Shown here piece after piece: positions 46,559-59,247 of a stretch of DNA of 64,000 nucleotides. The translations under genes were made by a program, and so were the position numbers. The stretch spans positions 4,960,001 to 5,024,000 of the forward strand of contig OX597841.1 of the NCBI GenBank assembly GCA_951406725.2, given 5' to 3'. A model generated the notes under the pieces. It saw only the letters and a program-made list of their open reading frames with translations, was not told the DNA's origin and did no database searches. The number at the start of each line of letters is the position of its first letter. Position 1 is the stretch's first letter. The stretch comes from Octopus vulgaris (Eukaryota).

Positions 46559-46966
46559 AGGCGGCGAGCTGGCAGAATCTTTAGCACGCCGGGCGAAATG
46601 CCTAGCAGTATTTCGTCTGCCGCTACGTTCTGAGTTCAAATTCTGCCGAGGTCGACTTTGCCTTTCATCCTTTCGGGGTCGATTAAATAAGTACCAGTTA
46701 CGCACTGGGGGTCGATGTAATTGACTTAATCCGTTTCTCTGTCCTCTGTGTTTAGCCCCTTGTGGGTAGTAAAGAAATAGGTATTTCGTCTGCAGCTACG
46801 TTCTGAGTTCAAACTCCGCCGAGGTTGACTTTGCCTTTCATCCTTTCGGTGTCGATTAAATAAGTACCAGTTACGCACTGGTGTCGATCTAATCGACTTA
46901 ATCCGTTTGTCTCTCCTTGCTTGTCCTCTCAGTGTTTAGCCCCTTGTGGGTAGTAAAGAAATAGGT
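46559..46966 (+). mobile_element. SINE-B dimer in the 5' region of ZNF paralog 1
   Basis: TSD GGTATTTTAAGATGCTGCAAA on both sides. The same insertion is present in paralog 2 (trimer, ~51058-51652) and paralog 3 (monomer, ~54088-54320). Confidence 0.85.
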
Positions 46967-47213
46967 ATTTTAAGATGCTGCAAAATCATTTAAAATGTTG
47001 TCCGAGTTTGGTCAGAATGCAAAATTCTTTCACGCACATTCCAGACAGTAAATCCAAGCACAGATCTACGAAAAGAAGCATACATCAGTTTTGTATAGAC
47101 AGTTCTGTTATAAAAGAATATTGTTTCAGCTTCGTGTGAATGTGGAGCAATCTTTTATAAAGGATATTATTGTAAACGTGTGGAGCGATCGAGAAGGTGC
47201 GTGAAACACAACA

Positions 47214-47247
47214 AAAGATGGAAGCGAAAGTACTTCCTGCGCATGCG
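47214..47247 (-). promoter_or_regulatory. Candidate ZNF core promoter (NRF1-like, ETS-like and YY1-like motifs)
   Basis: TGCGCATGCG next to ACTTCC and AAGATGG. Conserved ~600-1000 bp upstream of all three paralogs (also 51903-51935 and 53813-53847). Confidence 0.55.
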
Positions 47248-47462
47248 TATGTATGCGCGCTGGCCATTGTACGTATATCATTAATGTTTTGATGGACCAT
47301 ATTTAGGGAAGCTAACTCTCATTAAATCCCCTTTTCTTCTATATTTCTGATTTTTTTAATTTACTTTTTTTATCTTTTGTTTCGTTCACCGGAATGGTAC
47401 CCATGCTGGAAGGATTTTTTGTCAAATAAATAAAGCTTTATTATATATATATATATATATAT

Positions 47463-47884
47463 AGCGCAGGAGTGGCTGTGTGGTAAGTAGCTTGCTAACC
47501 AACCACATGGTTCTGGGTTCAGTCCCACTGCGTGGCATCTTGGGCAAGTGTCTTCTGCTATAGCCCCGGGCCGACCAATGCCTTGTGAGTGGATTTGGTA
47601 GACGGAAACTGAAAGAAGCCTGTCGTATATATGTATATATATATAAGTGTGTGTGTATATGTTTGTGTGTGTGTGTGTTTGTCCCCCTAGCATTGCTCGA
47701 CAACCGATGCTGGTGTGTTTACGTCCCCGTCACTTAGCGGTTCGGCAAAAGAGACCGATAGAATAAGTACTGGGCTTACAAACGAATAAGTCCCGAGGTC
47801 GATTTGCTCGACTAAAGGCGGTGCTCCAGCATTGCCGCAGTCAAATGACTGAAACAAGTAAAAGAGTAAAAAGAGAGTAAAAGA

Positions 47885-47886
<2 letters not shown>
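47463..47886 (+). mobile_element. Full-length SINE-A
   Basis: Complete head, body and (GTAAAAGA)n tail. Confidence 0.85.
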
Positions 47887-47922
<36 letters not shown>

Positions 47923-47923
47923 C

Positions 47924-48070
47924 GGGCATTACTATACATAAATGTCTCGCGCTAGGAGGGACTCTTAAGATCAAAACTACCATAGTAAATAAATAAATTA
48001 TTTATTTATTAAGGTAGTGTTGACTTTAAGAGTCCCTCCTAGCGCGAGGCATTTATGTATAGAGATGCCC
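47924..48070. repeat. Imperfect foldback with ~73-bp arms (MITE-like)
   Basis: GGGCAT...CTCGCGCTAGGAGGGACTCTTAA pairs with TTAAGAGTCCCTCCTAGCGCGAG...ATGCCC. Confidence 0.8.
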
Positions 48071-48189
48071 TTAATATAAATAAATATATTTAAACGGAAT
48101 GATTAATAAATTTTTACCCTTATGAGGTTTTTTCACGCTAACTACTTGATAAATTCTTATAAAAATGTTATCCTGTTTTTCAATTGTGT

Positions 48190-49753
48190 ATGTATTTCCC
48201 CCTTTTGAGAATCATTACATCACATTTCTCGATCCAAAATTCCACTCCAATATCTTTGCTAACCATCTGCACAGCTGCCATCAAACTCTCGATATCTTTC
48301 TTAGTCTTACCAAATAACTTTAGGTCATCCATAAATCACAGATTGTTTACTTTCACCCTGCCTAGCATCTACCCCACACACATCTTTCTTAAGACGTTCG
48401 TTAATGGCAATATGCCGACAACAAATAGGAGAAGTGACAGACTGTCCCCTTGAAAGATTCCTCTTTTGATATTTACCTCTCCCAGCTTATCTCCCCAAGC
48501 TCAGTTCGCCACGTAGTCATTGAATTTTGTATTAAATCCAGGATATTGTGTGAGACCTTAAACAGTTTAAGGCATCCAATAATCAACGAGTGTGGGAATA
48601 TGCCATATGCTGTCCTGTAGTCCACCCATGCCATCACCAAATTTTTGTGTCTCTTCCTGCAATCAGCCAGGATAGTCCTATTGATCAGTAATTGATACTT
48701 CATTCCTCTGCTCTTACGTTTACACCCTTTTTGTTCCACTTGTAGTAGCTCGTTCTCATCTAGATACTTATAGATGCTGTTTAGTATGATGCCCATCATC
48801 AGTTTCTACATCAATGGCAAACAAGATATTGGTCGGAAAAATCCAACCGCATTTCCTTCACTGGGATCCTTCTGCCATAGTACTGATCCTCGTTTTGTCA
48901 TCCAGGCCGGTGCTCGGATATCACTACTCAGTATTTCATCCAGCTGTCTCGCAATTCTCCTATGCAGAGCTGTCAAGTTTTTAAGCCCAAATCCCTGAAC
49001 CCTATCTGGGCCAGGCGCTTTCCAGTTAGGAATTTTCCTGCACTGATCTCTAATCATCTCCTCAGTTATTCTCAAAACCTCCTGCTGCTACACTCCACTC
49101 TTCTCCTTGAGTGTATTTAAGCACTCTTCTTCAGTTTTTCCTCAGACCATATCTTTGACCAGAAATTTTGCTTTCTTCAGCATCTAGCACGAATTTTTTA
49201 CCTTTTTCTTTCCCATCCAGTTCCTTATAGACACGCTTCTGATTCTGTTCATAAAATCTGTTTATATCTCTTTAGTATGTGTTTTAGCTTTCAACCTCTG
49301 TTTCAATTCCTCAATCACATTAATTCCTTTTCTCTTCACCATGTATTTCCTCTCTAGCTCAACATATTTCTCTCACTGGACTTCGTTTCCCTTTTTCCAT
49401 TCAAGAATATTACTATGCTTTCTGGGCTCATTAATAGACTGCGTTATTCTCCTTTTCCTCCATGGTTCCTTCAGGTTAGGTTGACATTTACCTTTGGCTT
49501 TCAAACCCAGCTACCAGGCTATAAAGATCAATATGGCATTTATCAACTTGTGGGTCTTTGATGATGTCAGTCCTGATATCACCAGTGATACCATTTATCT
49601 TCCTGACCCATTCATTGACTTTCTTTCTGTCTACTTTTTTAAACCCCCGTATGAAAGCTCTGTTCACCAGAGGTTCAAATATCAATGATTTCATTTAAAA
49701 ATGGATATCTGCTCCTCGGTTCTCTCATCGCTTTCCTGATCAATCGTTTTCCT
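48190..49753 (-). mobile_element. Decayed R4/Dong-like non-LTR retrotransposon RT region
   Basis: PNWKAPGPD, RPISCLP, EQKGC, AWVDY..AY, RGIFQGDSLSPLLF, with multiple frameshifts. Confidence 0.8.
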
Positions 49754-50959
49754 GTCTCTAGAATGTATGTCCTCGTGTTTCCTTAAGATTCTTCGATCTG
49801 AGAATGATTTACCACAAGTATGACAACTATAGGGTTTCTCTCCTGTATGAGTACGTTTGTGTTTAGTTACATCACTGTTTTGAGAGAATGACTTTCCACA
49901 GATATCACAGTGATTTGGTTTCTCTCCTGTATGAATATATCTGTGAATGGTTAAATGAATATTTTGAGAGAATGATTTACCACATGTGTCACAACTATAT
50001 GGTTTCTCTCCAGTATGAGTGCGTTTGTGAATATTCAAGTGGCCTTTTTGAGAAAATGATTTATCGCAGACGTCACAATGATATGGCTTCTCTCCTGTGT
50101 GAACGCGTTTGTGATTGATTAAGTGACTTCTTTCAGAAAATGCTTTGCCGCAGATATTACAGTGGTATGGCTTTTCTCCAGTATGAACACGTTTGTGTGA
50201 CAACAAGTAACTGGCTTCAGAGAAAGACTTACCACAAAAATCACAGTGATGTGGTTTCTCTTGTGAACGAATGCGCTTCTCTCCAGAATGAAGACGTTTG
50301 TTGTGTTCATTCAAATAACTTGTTTGAGAAAACGATTTCCCACAGACCCCACAACGATACGGCCTCTCTCCTGTGTGGATACGTTTATGGTTGGTTAAGT
50401 GACATTTTTCTGTGAAAGCTTTACCACAGATTTCGCAGTGATATGGCTTCTCTCCCGTATGAATACGTTCGTGAGAAGTTAAGTGAGATCTTTGAAGAAA
50501 TGATTTACCACAGATATTACATTGATGTGGCTTCTCTCCTGTATGAATGCGTTTGTGTCCAGCTAAGTTCCTGCCTGCTGCGAACGTCTTACCACAGATA
50601 TCGCAGCGATATGGTTTATCGCCTGTATGAATACGTTTGTGACTGATTAATATACTGCTTCTAGCGAACGATTTACCACAGGCATCACAATGAAATGGTT
50701 TTTCTCCCGTATGAATACGTATGTGAGTAGTTAAGTAATTTTGGGTAGAGAACGATTTTCCGCAGACATCACAATGATATGGTTTTTCCCCTGTATGAAT
50801 ACGCAGGTGAATGGAAAAGTTACCTTTTTGAGTGAATGATTTATCACATATATCACAATGGTATGATGACTTTTCTTTTTGCTTCAGCACCATCTCTTCA
50901 GTAATATCAATCATTTTAGGTTGCGTTATGCGTTTCGAGTCACTTAATCCACTTTCCAT
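49691..50959 (-). CDS. C2H2 zinc-finger protein, 422 aa, 13 fingers (paralog 2) with a replaced C-terminus
   Basis: Intact ORF. Ends [24 protein letters not shown] instead of HSRD-NPCQ. Confidence 0.92.
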   Translation of the reverse strand: MESGLSDSKRITQPKMIDITEEMVLKQKEKSSYHCDICDKSFTQKGNFSIHLRIHTGEKPYHCDVCGKSFSTQNYLTTHIRIHTGEKPFHCDACGKSFARSSILISHKRIHTGDKPYRCDICGKTFAAGRNLAGHKRIHTGEKPHQCNICGKSFLQRSHLTSHERIHTGEKPYHCEICGKAFTEKCHLTNHKRIHTGERPYRCGVCGKSFSQTSYLNEHNKRLHSGEKRIRSQEKPHHCDFCGKSFSEASYLLSHKRVHTGEKPYHCNICGKAFSERSHLINHKRVHTGEKPYHCDVCDKSFSQKGHLNIHKRTHTGEKPYSCDTCGKSFSQNIHLTIHRYIHTGEKPNHCDICGKSFSQNSDVTKHKRTHTGEKPYSCHTCGKSFSDRRILRKHEDIHSRDRKTIDQESDERTEEQISIFK

Positions 50960-52079
50960 TATAATCTTATGATTTGCATTTTTATACTTTATACTTAATA
51001 AATATTTGTATTGTTATATTTTCATCAACTGCAAACGGTATTTTAAGATGCTGCAAAGGCGGCAAGCTGGCAGAATCTTTAGCACGCCGGGCGAAATGCT
51101 TAGCAGTATTTCGTCTGTCGTTACGTTCTGAGTTCAAATTCCGCCGAGGTCGACTTTGCCTTTCATCCTTTCTGGGTCGATTAAATAAGTACCAGTTACG
51201 CACTGGGGTCTAATTAATCCGTTTGTCTCTCCTTGCTTGTCCTCTCCGTGTTTAGCCCCTTGTGGGTAGTAAAGAAATAGGTATTTCGTCTGCCGCTACG
51301 TTCTGAGTTCAAATTCCGCCGAGGTCGACTTTGCCTTTCATCCTTTCGGGGTTGGTAAATTAAGTACCAGTTACGCGCTGGGGTCGATGCAATCGACTTA
51401 ATACCTTTGTCTGTCCTTGTTTGTCCCCTCTATGTTTAGCCCCTTGTGGGTACTAAAGAAATGGGTATTTCGTCTGTCGTTACGTTCTGAGTTCAAACTC
51501 CGCCGAGGTCGACTTTGCCTTTCATCCTTTCGGGGTCGATTAAATAAGTACCAGTTACGCACTGGCGTCGATGTAATCGACTTAATCCGTTTGTCTCTCC
51601 TTGTTTGTCCTCTCCGTGGTTAGCCCCTTTGTGGGTAGTAAAGAAATAGGTATTTTAAGATGCTGCAAAATCATTTAAAATGTTGTCCGAGTTTGGTCAG
51701 AATGCAAAATTCTTTCACGCACATTCCAGACAGTAAATCCAAGCACAGATCTAAGAAAAGAAGCATATATCAGTTTTGTATAGACAGTTCTGTTATAAAA
51801 GAATATAGTTTCAGCTTCGTGTGAATGTGGAGAAATCTTTTATAAAGGATATCATTTTAAACGTGTGGAGCGATCGAGAAGGTGCGTGAAACACAACAAC
51901 AAAAGATGGAAGCGAAAGTACTTCCTGCGCATGCGTATGTATGCATGCGCGCGCGAGAGAGAGCGCGCTTGTAGGTATGCCTATAGTCCCTCGTCAGACC
52001 ATATTTAGGGGAGCTAACTCTCATTAAACCCCCTTCCCTTCACTCTATATCTTATTTTAAATACATCTGTTGTCCATAG

Positions 52080-52742
52080 AGCTGCGAGATGGCAGATTCG
52101 TTAGCATACCAGGCGAAATGCTTAGTGTTCTGAGTTCAAGTTCCGCCGATGTCGACTTTGTGTTTCATCCTTTCGGGGTCGATTAATTAAGTACCAGTTA
52201 CGCACTGGTGTCGATATAATCGACTAGTACTCTCACACCAAATTCCAGGCCTTATGCCTTTAGTAGAAAGGTTTAAATAAGTACCAGTTACGCACTGGGG
52301 TCGATGTAATCGACTAGTACTCTCCCGCCAAATTCCAGGCCTTATGCCTTTAGTAGAAAGGTTTAAATAAGTACCAGTTACGCACTGGGGTCGATGTAAT
52401 CGACTAGTACTCTCCCGCCAAATTCCAGGCCTTGTGCCTTTAGTAGAAAGGTTTAAATAAGTACCAGTTACGCACTGGGGTCGATGTAATCGACTAGTTC
52501 TCTCCCACCAAATTCCAGGCCTTATGCCTTTAGTAGAAAGGTTTAAATAAGTACCAGTTACGCACTGGGGTCGATGTAATCGACTAGTACTCTCCCACCA
52601 AATTCCAGGCCTTATGCCTTTAGTAGAAAGGTTTAAATAAGTACCAGCTACGCACTGGGGTCGATGTAATCAACTTAATCCTTTGTCTATCCTTGTTTGT
52701 CCCCTCTATGTTTATCCCCCTGTGGGCAATAAAGAAATAAAT
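52080..52742 (+). mobile_element. SINE-B-related element with ~5 tandem 88-bp internal repeats
   Basis: Repeated AAGTACCAGTTACGCACTGGGGTCGATGTAATCGACTAG...TTTAGTAGAAAGG. Confidence 0.8.
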
Positions 52743-52856
52743 ATATCTTTCATCTTTTACTTGATTCTCTTTTTTTCTGAAGCCTCATACATATTCTATC
52801 ATGCCATTATACTGAACCGCTAAGTTACGAGGACGTGAACAAACCAACACTGTGTG

Positions 52857-52939
52857 TACATACATACATACATACACACACACACATACATGCATACATA
52901 CATACATACATACATACATACATACATACATACATACAT

Positions 52940-52970
<31 letters not shown>

Positions 52971-53199
52971 AACATACACACACACATACATACATACATA
53001 CACACACACATACACACATACATACATACATACATACATACATACATACATACATACATACATACATACATACATACATACATACATACATACATACATA
53101 CATACACACACACATACACACACACATACATACATACATACACACACACATACACACATACATACATACATACATACATACATACATACATACATACAT

Positions 53200-53232
<33 letters not shown>

Positions 53233-53540
53233 TACACACATACATACATACATACATACATACATACACACATACACACATACATACATACATACATACA
53301 TACATACATACATACATACATACATACATACATACATACATACATACACACACACATACACACACACAAACATACATACATACATACATACATACATACA
53401 TACATACATACACACACACATACATACATACATACATACATACATACATACATACATACATACACACACACATACACACATACATACATACATACATACA
53501 TACATACATACATACATACATACATACATACACACACATA
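52857..53540. repeat. (CATA)n/(CA)n microsatellite
   Basis: Directly visible. Confidence 0.97.
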
Positions 53541-54417
53541 TGAGTACGTGTGTATGTTTTATATGTGTGTATATATGAACCTGATAGAATAAGTATCAGT
53601 CTTCAAAAAGAAAAAAATTCTAGGGTTAATTCATTTGACTAAAAATTCCTTCACGGCTGTGCCCCAGCATGGGCGGCACTCCGATGAATGAAACAAGTAA
53701 AAAATAAAAGATCTATCGATAATTGGAAATATAGAGAAGGGGATTTAATGAGAGGTAGCTTCCTTAAACATGGTCCCCCGTAAAAGACTTTTGACACGCG
53801 CGCATACTTAGTTGCGCATGCGCAGGAAGTACTTTCGCTTCCATCTTTTGTTGTTGTGTTTCACGCACCTTCTCGATCGCTCCGCACGTTTAAAATAATA
53901 TCCTTTATAAAAGATTGCCCCACATTCACACGAAGCTGAAACTATATTCTTTTATAACAGAACTGATATATGCTTCTTTTCTTAGATCTGTGCTTGGATT
54001 TACTGTCTGGAATGTGCGTGAAAGAATTTTGCATTCTGACCAAACTCGGACAACATATTAAATGATTTTGCAGCATCTTAAAATACCTATTTCTTTATTA
54101 CCCACAAGGGGCTAACCACGGAGAGGACAAACAAGGACAGACAAACGGATTAAGTCGATTAGATCGACACCAGTGCGTAACTGGTACTTATTTAATCGAC
54201 CCCCGAAAGGATGAAAGGCAAAGTCGACCTCGGCGGAATTTGAACTCAGAACGTAGTGGCAGACGAAATACTGCTAAGCATTTCGCCCGGCGTGCTAAAG
54301 ATTCTGCCAGCTCGCCGCCTTTGCAGCATCTTAAAATACCGTTTGCAGTTGATGAAAATATAACAATACAAATATTTATTAAGTATAAAATATAAAAATG
54401 CAAATCATAAAATTATA

Positions 54418-55638
54418 ATGGAAAGTGGATTAAGAGACTCGAAACGCATAACGCAACCTAAAATGATTGATATTACTGAAGAGATGGTACTGAAGCAGAA
54501 AGAAAAGTCATCATACCATTGTGATATATGTGATAAATCATTCACTCAAAAAGGTAATTTTTCCACTCACCTGCGTATTCATTCAGGGGAAAAACCATAT
54601 CATTGTGATGTCTGTGGAAAATCGTTTTCTGCCCAAACTTACTTAACTACTCACATACGTATTCATACGGGAGAAAAACCATATCGCTGTGAAGCTTGTG
54701 GTAAATCATTTGCTGCAAGAAGTATACTAATTAGTCACAAGCGTATTCATACTGGCGATAAACCATATCGCTGTGATATCTGTGATAAATCATTCTCTGT
54801 AGGCAGCACCTTAACTAAACACAAACGCATTCATACAGGAGAGAAACCATATCAGTGTGATATCTGTGGGAAATCATTCTTTCAAAGAGCTCACTTAACT
54901 TCTCACGGACGTATTCATACGGGAGAGAAGCCATATCACTGTGAAATCTGTGGTAAAGCTTTCTCTGAAAGTTGTCATTTAACCAATCATAAACGTGTCC
55001 ATACTGGAGAGAGGCCGTATCGTTGTGGGGTCTGTGGGAAATCGTTTTCTCAAACAAGTTACCTGAATGTACACATCAAACGTATCCATTCCGAAGAGAA
55101 GCGCATTCGTCCACAAGAGAAACCACATCATTGTGATTTCTGTGGTAAGTCTTTCTCTGAAGCCAGTTATTTATTGTCACACAAACGTGTTCATACTGGA
55201 GAAAAGCCATACCACTGTAATATCTGTGGCAAAGCATTTTCTGAAAGAAGTCACTTAATCAATCACAAACGTATTCACACAGGAGAGAAGCCATATCATT
55301 GTGACGTCTGTGATAAATCATTTTCTCAAAAAGGCCACTTGAATATTCACAAACGCACTCATACTGGAGAGAAACCATATAGTTGTGACACATGTGGTAA
55401 ATCATTCTCTCAAACCAATCACTTAACCATTCACAGATATATTCATACAGGAGAGAAACCGAATCACTGTGATATCTGTGGCAAGTCATTCTCTCAAAAC
55501 AGTGATATAACTAAACACAAACGTACTCATACAGGAGAGAAACCCTATAGTTGCCATACTTGTGGTAAGTCATTCTCAGATCGAAGAACCTTAAGGAAAC
55601 ACGAGGACATTCATTCTAGAGACAATCCCTGTCAATAG
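54418..55638 (+). CDS. C2H2 zinc-finger protein, 406 aa, 13 fingers (paralog 3, inverted)
   Basis: Intact ORF. 3' flank to ~56078 is the inverted homolog of 44884-45325. Confidence 0.92.
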   Translation: MESGLRDSKRITQPKMIDITEEMVLKQKEKSSYHCDICDKSFTQKGNFSTHLRIHSGEKPYHCDVCGKSFSAQTYLTTHIRIHTGEKPYRCEACGKSFAARSILISHKRIHTGDKPYRCDICDKSFSVGSTLTKHKRIHTGEKPYQCDICGKSFFQRAHLTSHGRIHTGEKPYHCEICGKAFSESCHLTNHKRVHTGERPYRCGVCGKSFSQTSYLNVHIKRIHSEEKRIRPQEKPHHCDFCGKSFSEASYLLSHKRVHTGEKPYHCNICGKAFSERSHLINHKRIHTGEKPYHCDVCDKSFSQKGHLNIHKRTHTGEKPYSCDTCGKSFSQTNHLTIHRYIHTGEKPNHCDICGKSFSQNSDITKHKRTHTGEKPYSCHTCGKSFSDRRTLRKHEDIHSRDNPCQ

Positions 55639-56079
55639 TAAATCACTCACTGCAAAGTTGGTGAACCAGTAATGTATTCACGTTGCAGTAAAAACACATA
55701 ACTAGTACTTTTAGTAAATCACTGAAAATTAGTCACTCGACTTGATGCATATGTATTCATATAAATGAATAACTGTAGCAAGGTCAAAATTCATTCTATG
55801 GCTGTATGCTAAGAAGTTTGTTTCCCAACCAAATTGTTCTTGGTTCAGTCCCACTGCATGGCACCCTGGGACGTGTCATACTGTAGCCCCAGGCCAATCA
55901 AAGCCTTGTGAGTGAATTTGGTTGATGGAAACTAAAAGAAGCTTGTGTGTGTGACTATCTGTGTCCCCTACTACTACTTAATAACTGCCATCGGTTTCTG
56001 CACCTGTTACGGAACAGAGCAAGAAAAAAAAAACTTTTCTCAAAAAGGCCACTTTCTCCTTCAAATGATCATTTCCTGT

Positions 56080-56690
56080 GCAGGTGTGTGATGTGCCACA
56101 TTTTCCTGCTGAAGTGAGATAAAATCAGAGACATTACGTCAGTGGAAAGAACCTTTGGATGCTGCATTACTTCCCTGAGACAAGAGCTACCGAACAGGAA
56201 AGAACTCTTGAGAGTTCAACATTATCAGTGACTAGTATAAAATGTCTGAGATACTACCACCTACCCTTAAGACATGATATTATTGCAAAAACCATTTACA
56301 GTGCAATCTGCAGGAAGGATTTCTCTGACAGATACATCAAAAGAATGCCAGATCCAGAACGAACTCACACTTTTAAAAACATGGAACACTAGTGTAGTAC
56401 TCCAATAAAAACAGCAATCCGGTGCAAGAAGAACAGATCTGATGTTGTTCTATCAGACAAGAAACAATACCCTGCTCTCTTTTAGAGGTTCGCTTCCGAG
56501 CAGATGTGAATGCATTTCAAAAGTCCAAAAAAAAAAAAAGACAATATTTCTGGTGCTTTAATGCAGAACTTACATTCTTGCATCTGAGTACAAATTTGTG
56601 TTTGTATCTATCATCACAGGTGCATTAAGCTATGTATCTACAAATTTACGTGCAAACCAAGAAATTCAAGGTTTCTGAAAGCAAGAGCAA
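56080..56690 (+). mobile_element. Decayed restriction-like endonuclease (RLE) domain of an R2/R4-type non-LTR element
   Basis: YHLPLRHDIIAKTIY followed by PIKT...NRSD and ADVN remnants. Confidence 0.55.
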
Positions 56691-57329
56691 AATAAAATTC
56701 AATCTATTTAGTGACACAGAAAATATTTGTCACACATGTAGCAGACTCAAGACCTGGAATCAACAAATTGCTAAGTCCTAGTCATTTCACATGATTGGCC
56801 AATCAACTGACCAATCAGCATTGAGCTGTCACGTGATGCAAACTTCTAGACCATATCCAAACGAAACTTATAAATAGACGAGTTTTGGGTGTCAACCCTA
56901 ACTCCCCCTCCTCACTCCATCCGTAATGTCTTCGGTCTGTCCTACCATTCGATTTTATTATATTTTCTTATTTTTGTAAAATTTTTCATGTCATCTTTTT
57001 TGTATAATCATTCGCTCATTTGACCCCAAAATCAGATTGTATTGTCCCCTCTTTGTTGGCCCCTTGTGGGTAATAAAAAAATCGAAGTATTGGGAGTTGC
57101 TGTCATAAAATCTCATTCTTTCAACATGTAACAGTTCTTTTATCAAATTCTTATTAAACTCAACAGATACCGTAGTACTGTCGTGAACTGAGCATGTCTT
57201 GTCTTAGTCTTGAATGCGTATTCACAGAGATTATTTAAGCATTTATTTTGTTATAAATACAGAGCTATTTCTCCAGAGTGTATACTTTGTTATTTCAAAA
57301 TAAATGCATCCGGGTTGAAGTACTTGACC

Positions 57330-57540
57330 GTACTGAGCAGACTTCCTCTGCTCTGGTTCTCCCAGGGAGTCACATAGTGGGTGATGGCATGCAATCCTAT
57401 AAAAACATTGGAAGCCAAAATGGTAGTGTGTACACTCACGAAGTGAATGTGCATCAACTTTGTTGATCCGGCAAATAAGGATGTCCATACGCAAAATGTG
57501 GAAAACTTGTGGATGCGTGTTAGAAGACACGCGATCCTTC
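57330..57540 (+). mobile_element. Merlin/ISXO2-type DDE transposase remnant
   Basis: VLPGSHIVGDG..SY, then after a frameshift NFVDP...VHTQNVENLW. Confidence 0.7.
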
Positions 57541-57619
57541 GATATAAGTACCGTAAGTGGTTTTGTTTACATTTCTTAAGGTAACAGAGACCCTTTTCTC
57601 CCACCCCTAACCCTAACCT

Positions 57620-58008
57620 CTCTTTTACTCGTTTCAGTCATTTGACTGCGGCCATGCTGGAGCACCGCCTTTAGTCGAACAAATCGACCCCGGGACTTAT
57701 TCTTTGTAAGCCCAGTACTTATTCTATCGGTCTGTTTTTGCCGAACCGCTAAGTAACGGGGACATAAACACACCAGCATCGGTTGTCAAGCAATGCTAGG
57801 GGGACAAACACAAACACACACACACACATATATATATACATATATACGACAGGCTTCTTTCAGTTTCCGTCTACCAAATCCACTCACAAGGTTTTGGTCT
57901 GCCCGAGGCTATAGTAGAAGACACTTGCCCAAGATGCCACGCAGTGGGACTGAACCCGGAACCATGTGGTTGGAAAGCAAGCTACTTACCACACAGCCAC
58001 TGCTGCCT
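57620..58008 (-). mobile_element. Full-length SINE-A
   Basis: Matches the other copies. Confidence 0.85.
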
Positions 58009-58360
58009 CATATATATATAAAAAACACTTTCTTGAAATGTATCTGGTACTTATACCGAAGTCACGTCAAAAGACAGTTACGATGTTCATTTGGAATGTC
58101 AGATAATTTGTCCGAGTCATATATTTACCCGAATTTAAATGGAGGAATTCTAAACCGAAGGGAAAGACGCTTCGGTTGCCATATTTAATGTCTACGCCTT
58201 TTGACAATAAGCTGACTTATTTATTTCCCCTTTAATTTTTATTGAATTTTATTACATTTCCCATATAGAAGGATTACCTAAAGAGAAATATAAAATCTTC
58301 TCCGTAAATTGCCTAACACCATGATGCATCTGCTGAAAATCAAAACATTTGTCAGTTACC

Positions 58361-59024
58361 TATTTCTTTATTACCCACAAGGGGCTAAACATAGAGGGGA
58401 CAAACAAGGACAGACATAGGTATTAAGTCGATTATATCGACCTCAGTGCGTAACTGGTACTTAATTTATCGACCCCGAAAGGATGAAAGGCAAAGTCGAC
58501 CTCGGCGGAATTTGAACTCACAACGTAACGCAGACGAAATACCGCTGAGCATTTCGCCCGGCGTGCTAACGTTTCTGCCAGTATACCTATTTCTTTACTA
58601 CCCACAATGGGCTAAACACAGAGAGGACAAACAAGGACAGACATAGGTATTAAGTCGATTATATCGACCTCAGTGCGTAACTGGTACTTAATTTATCGAC
58701 CCCGAAAGGATGAAAGGCAAAGTCGACCTCGGCGGAATTTGAACTCACAATGTAACGCAGACGAAATACCTATTTCTTTACTACCCACAAGGGGCTAAAC
58801 ATAGAGGGGAAAACAAGGACAGACATAGGTATTAAGTCGATTATATCGACCTCAGTACGTAACTGGTACTTAATTTATCGACCCCGAAAGGATGAAAGGC
58901 AAAGTCGACCTCGGCGGAATTTGAACTCACAACGTAACGCAGACGAAATACCGCTGAGCATTTCGCCCGGCGTGCTAACGATTCTGCCAGCTCTAAATAA
59001 ATAAAGAATAATATAGCTTAAACC
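58361..59024 (-). mobile_element. SINE-B tandem multimer (about three units)
   Basis: Repeated units. Flanking direct repeat TTTGTCAGTTACC at 58348-58360 and 59025-59037. Confidence 0.85.
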
Positions 59025-59247
59025 TTTGTCAGTTACCGTTTATTTCCTCGTTTAATTTTCACCCCGGATTAAATAATCTAGCCATTTATAGCACACTCAC
59101 TCGTGTTTCAAGTTCAAGGTTTCCCATATAAGGAATATCACTTCCGTTTTACTATCACATGTATCCTGGTTGTGTCTATGAAAGTTTGAGATATATCATT
59201 CTCTATTTATTTAGACTGTCTTAGTAATAACAGATTATTTAGACTGT

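Noticed and set aside
45474-55489. Antisense and alternate-frame ORFs over the ZNF genes
   Set aside because: Shadow ORFs of the 84-bp finger repeat.
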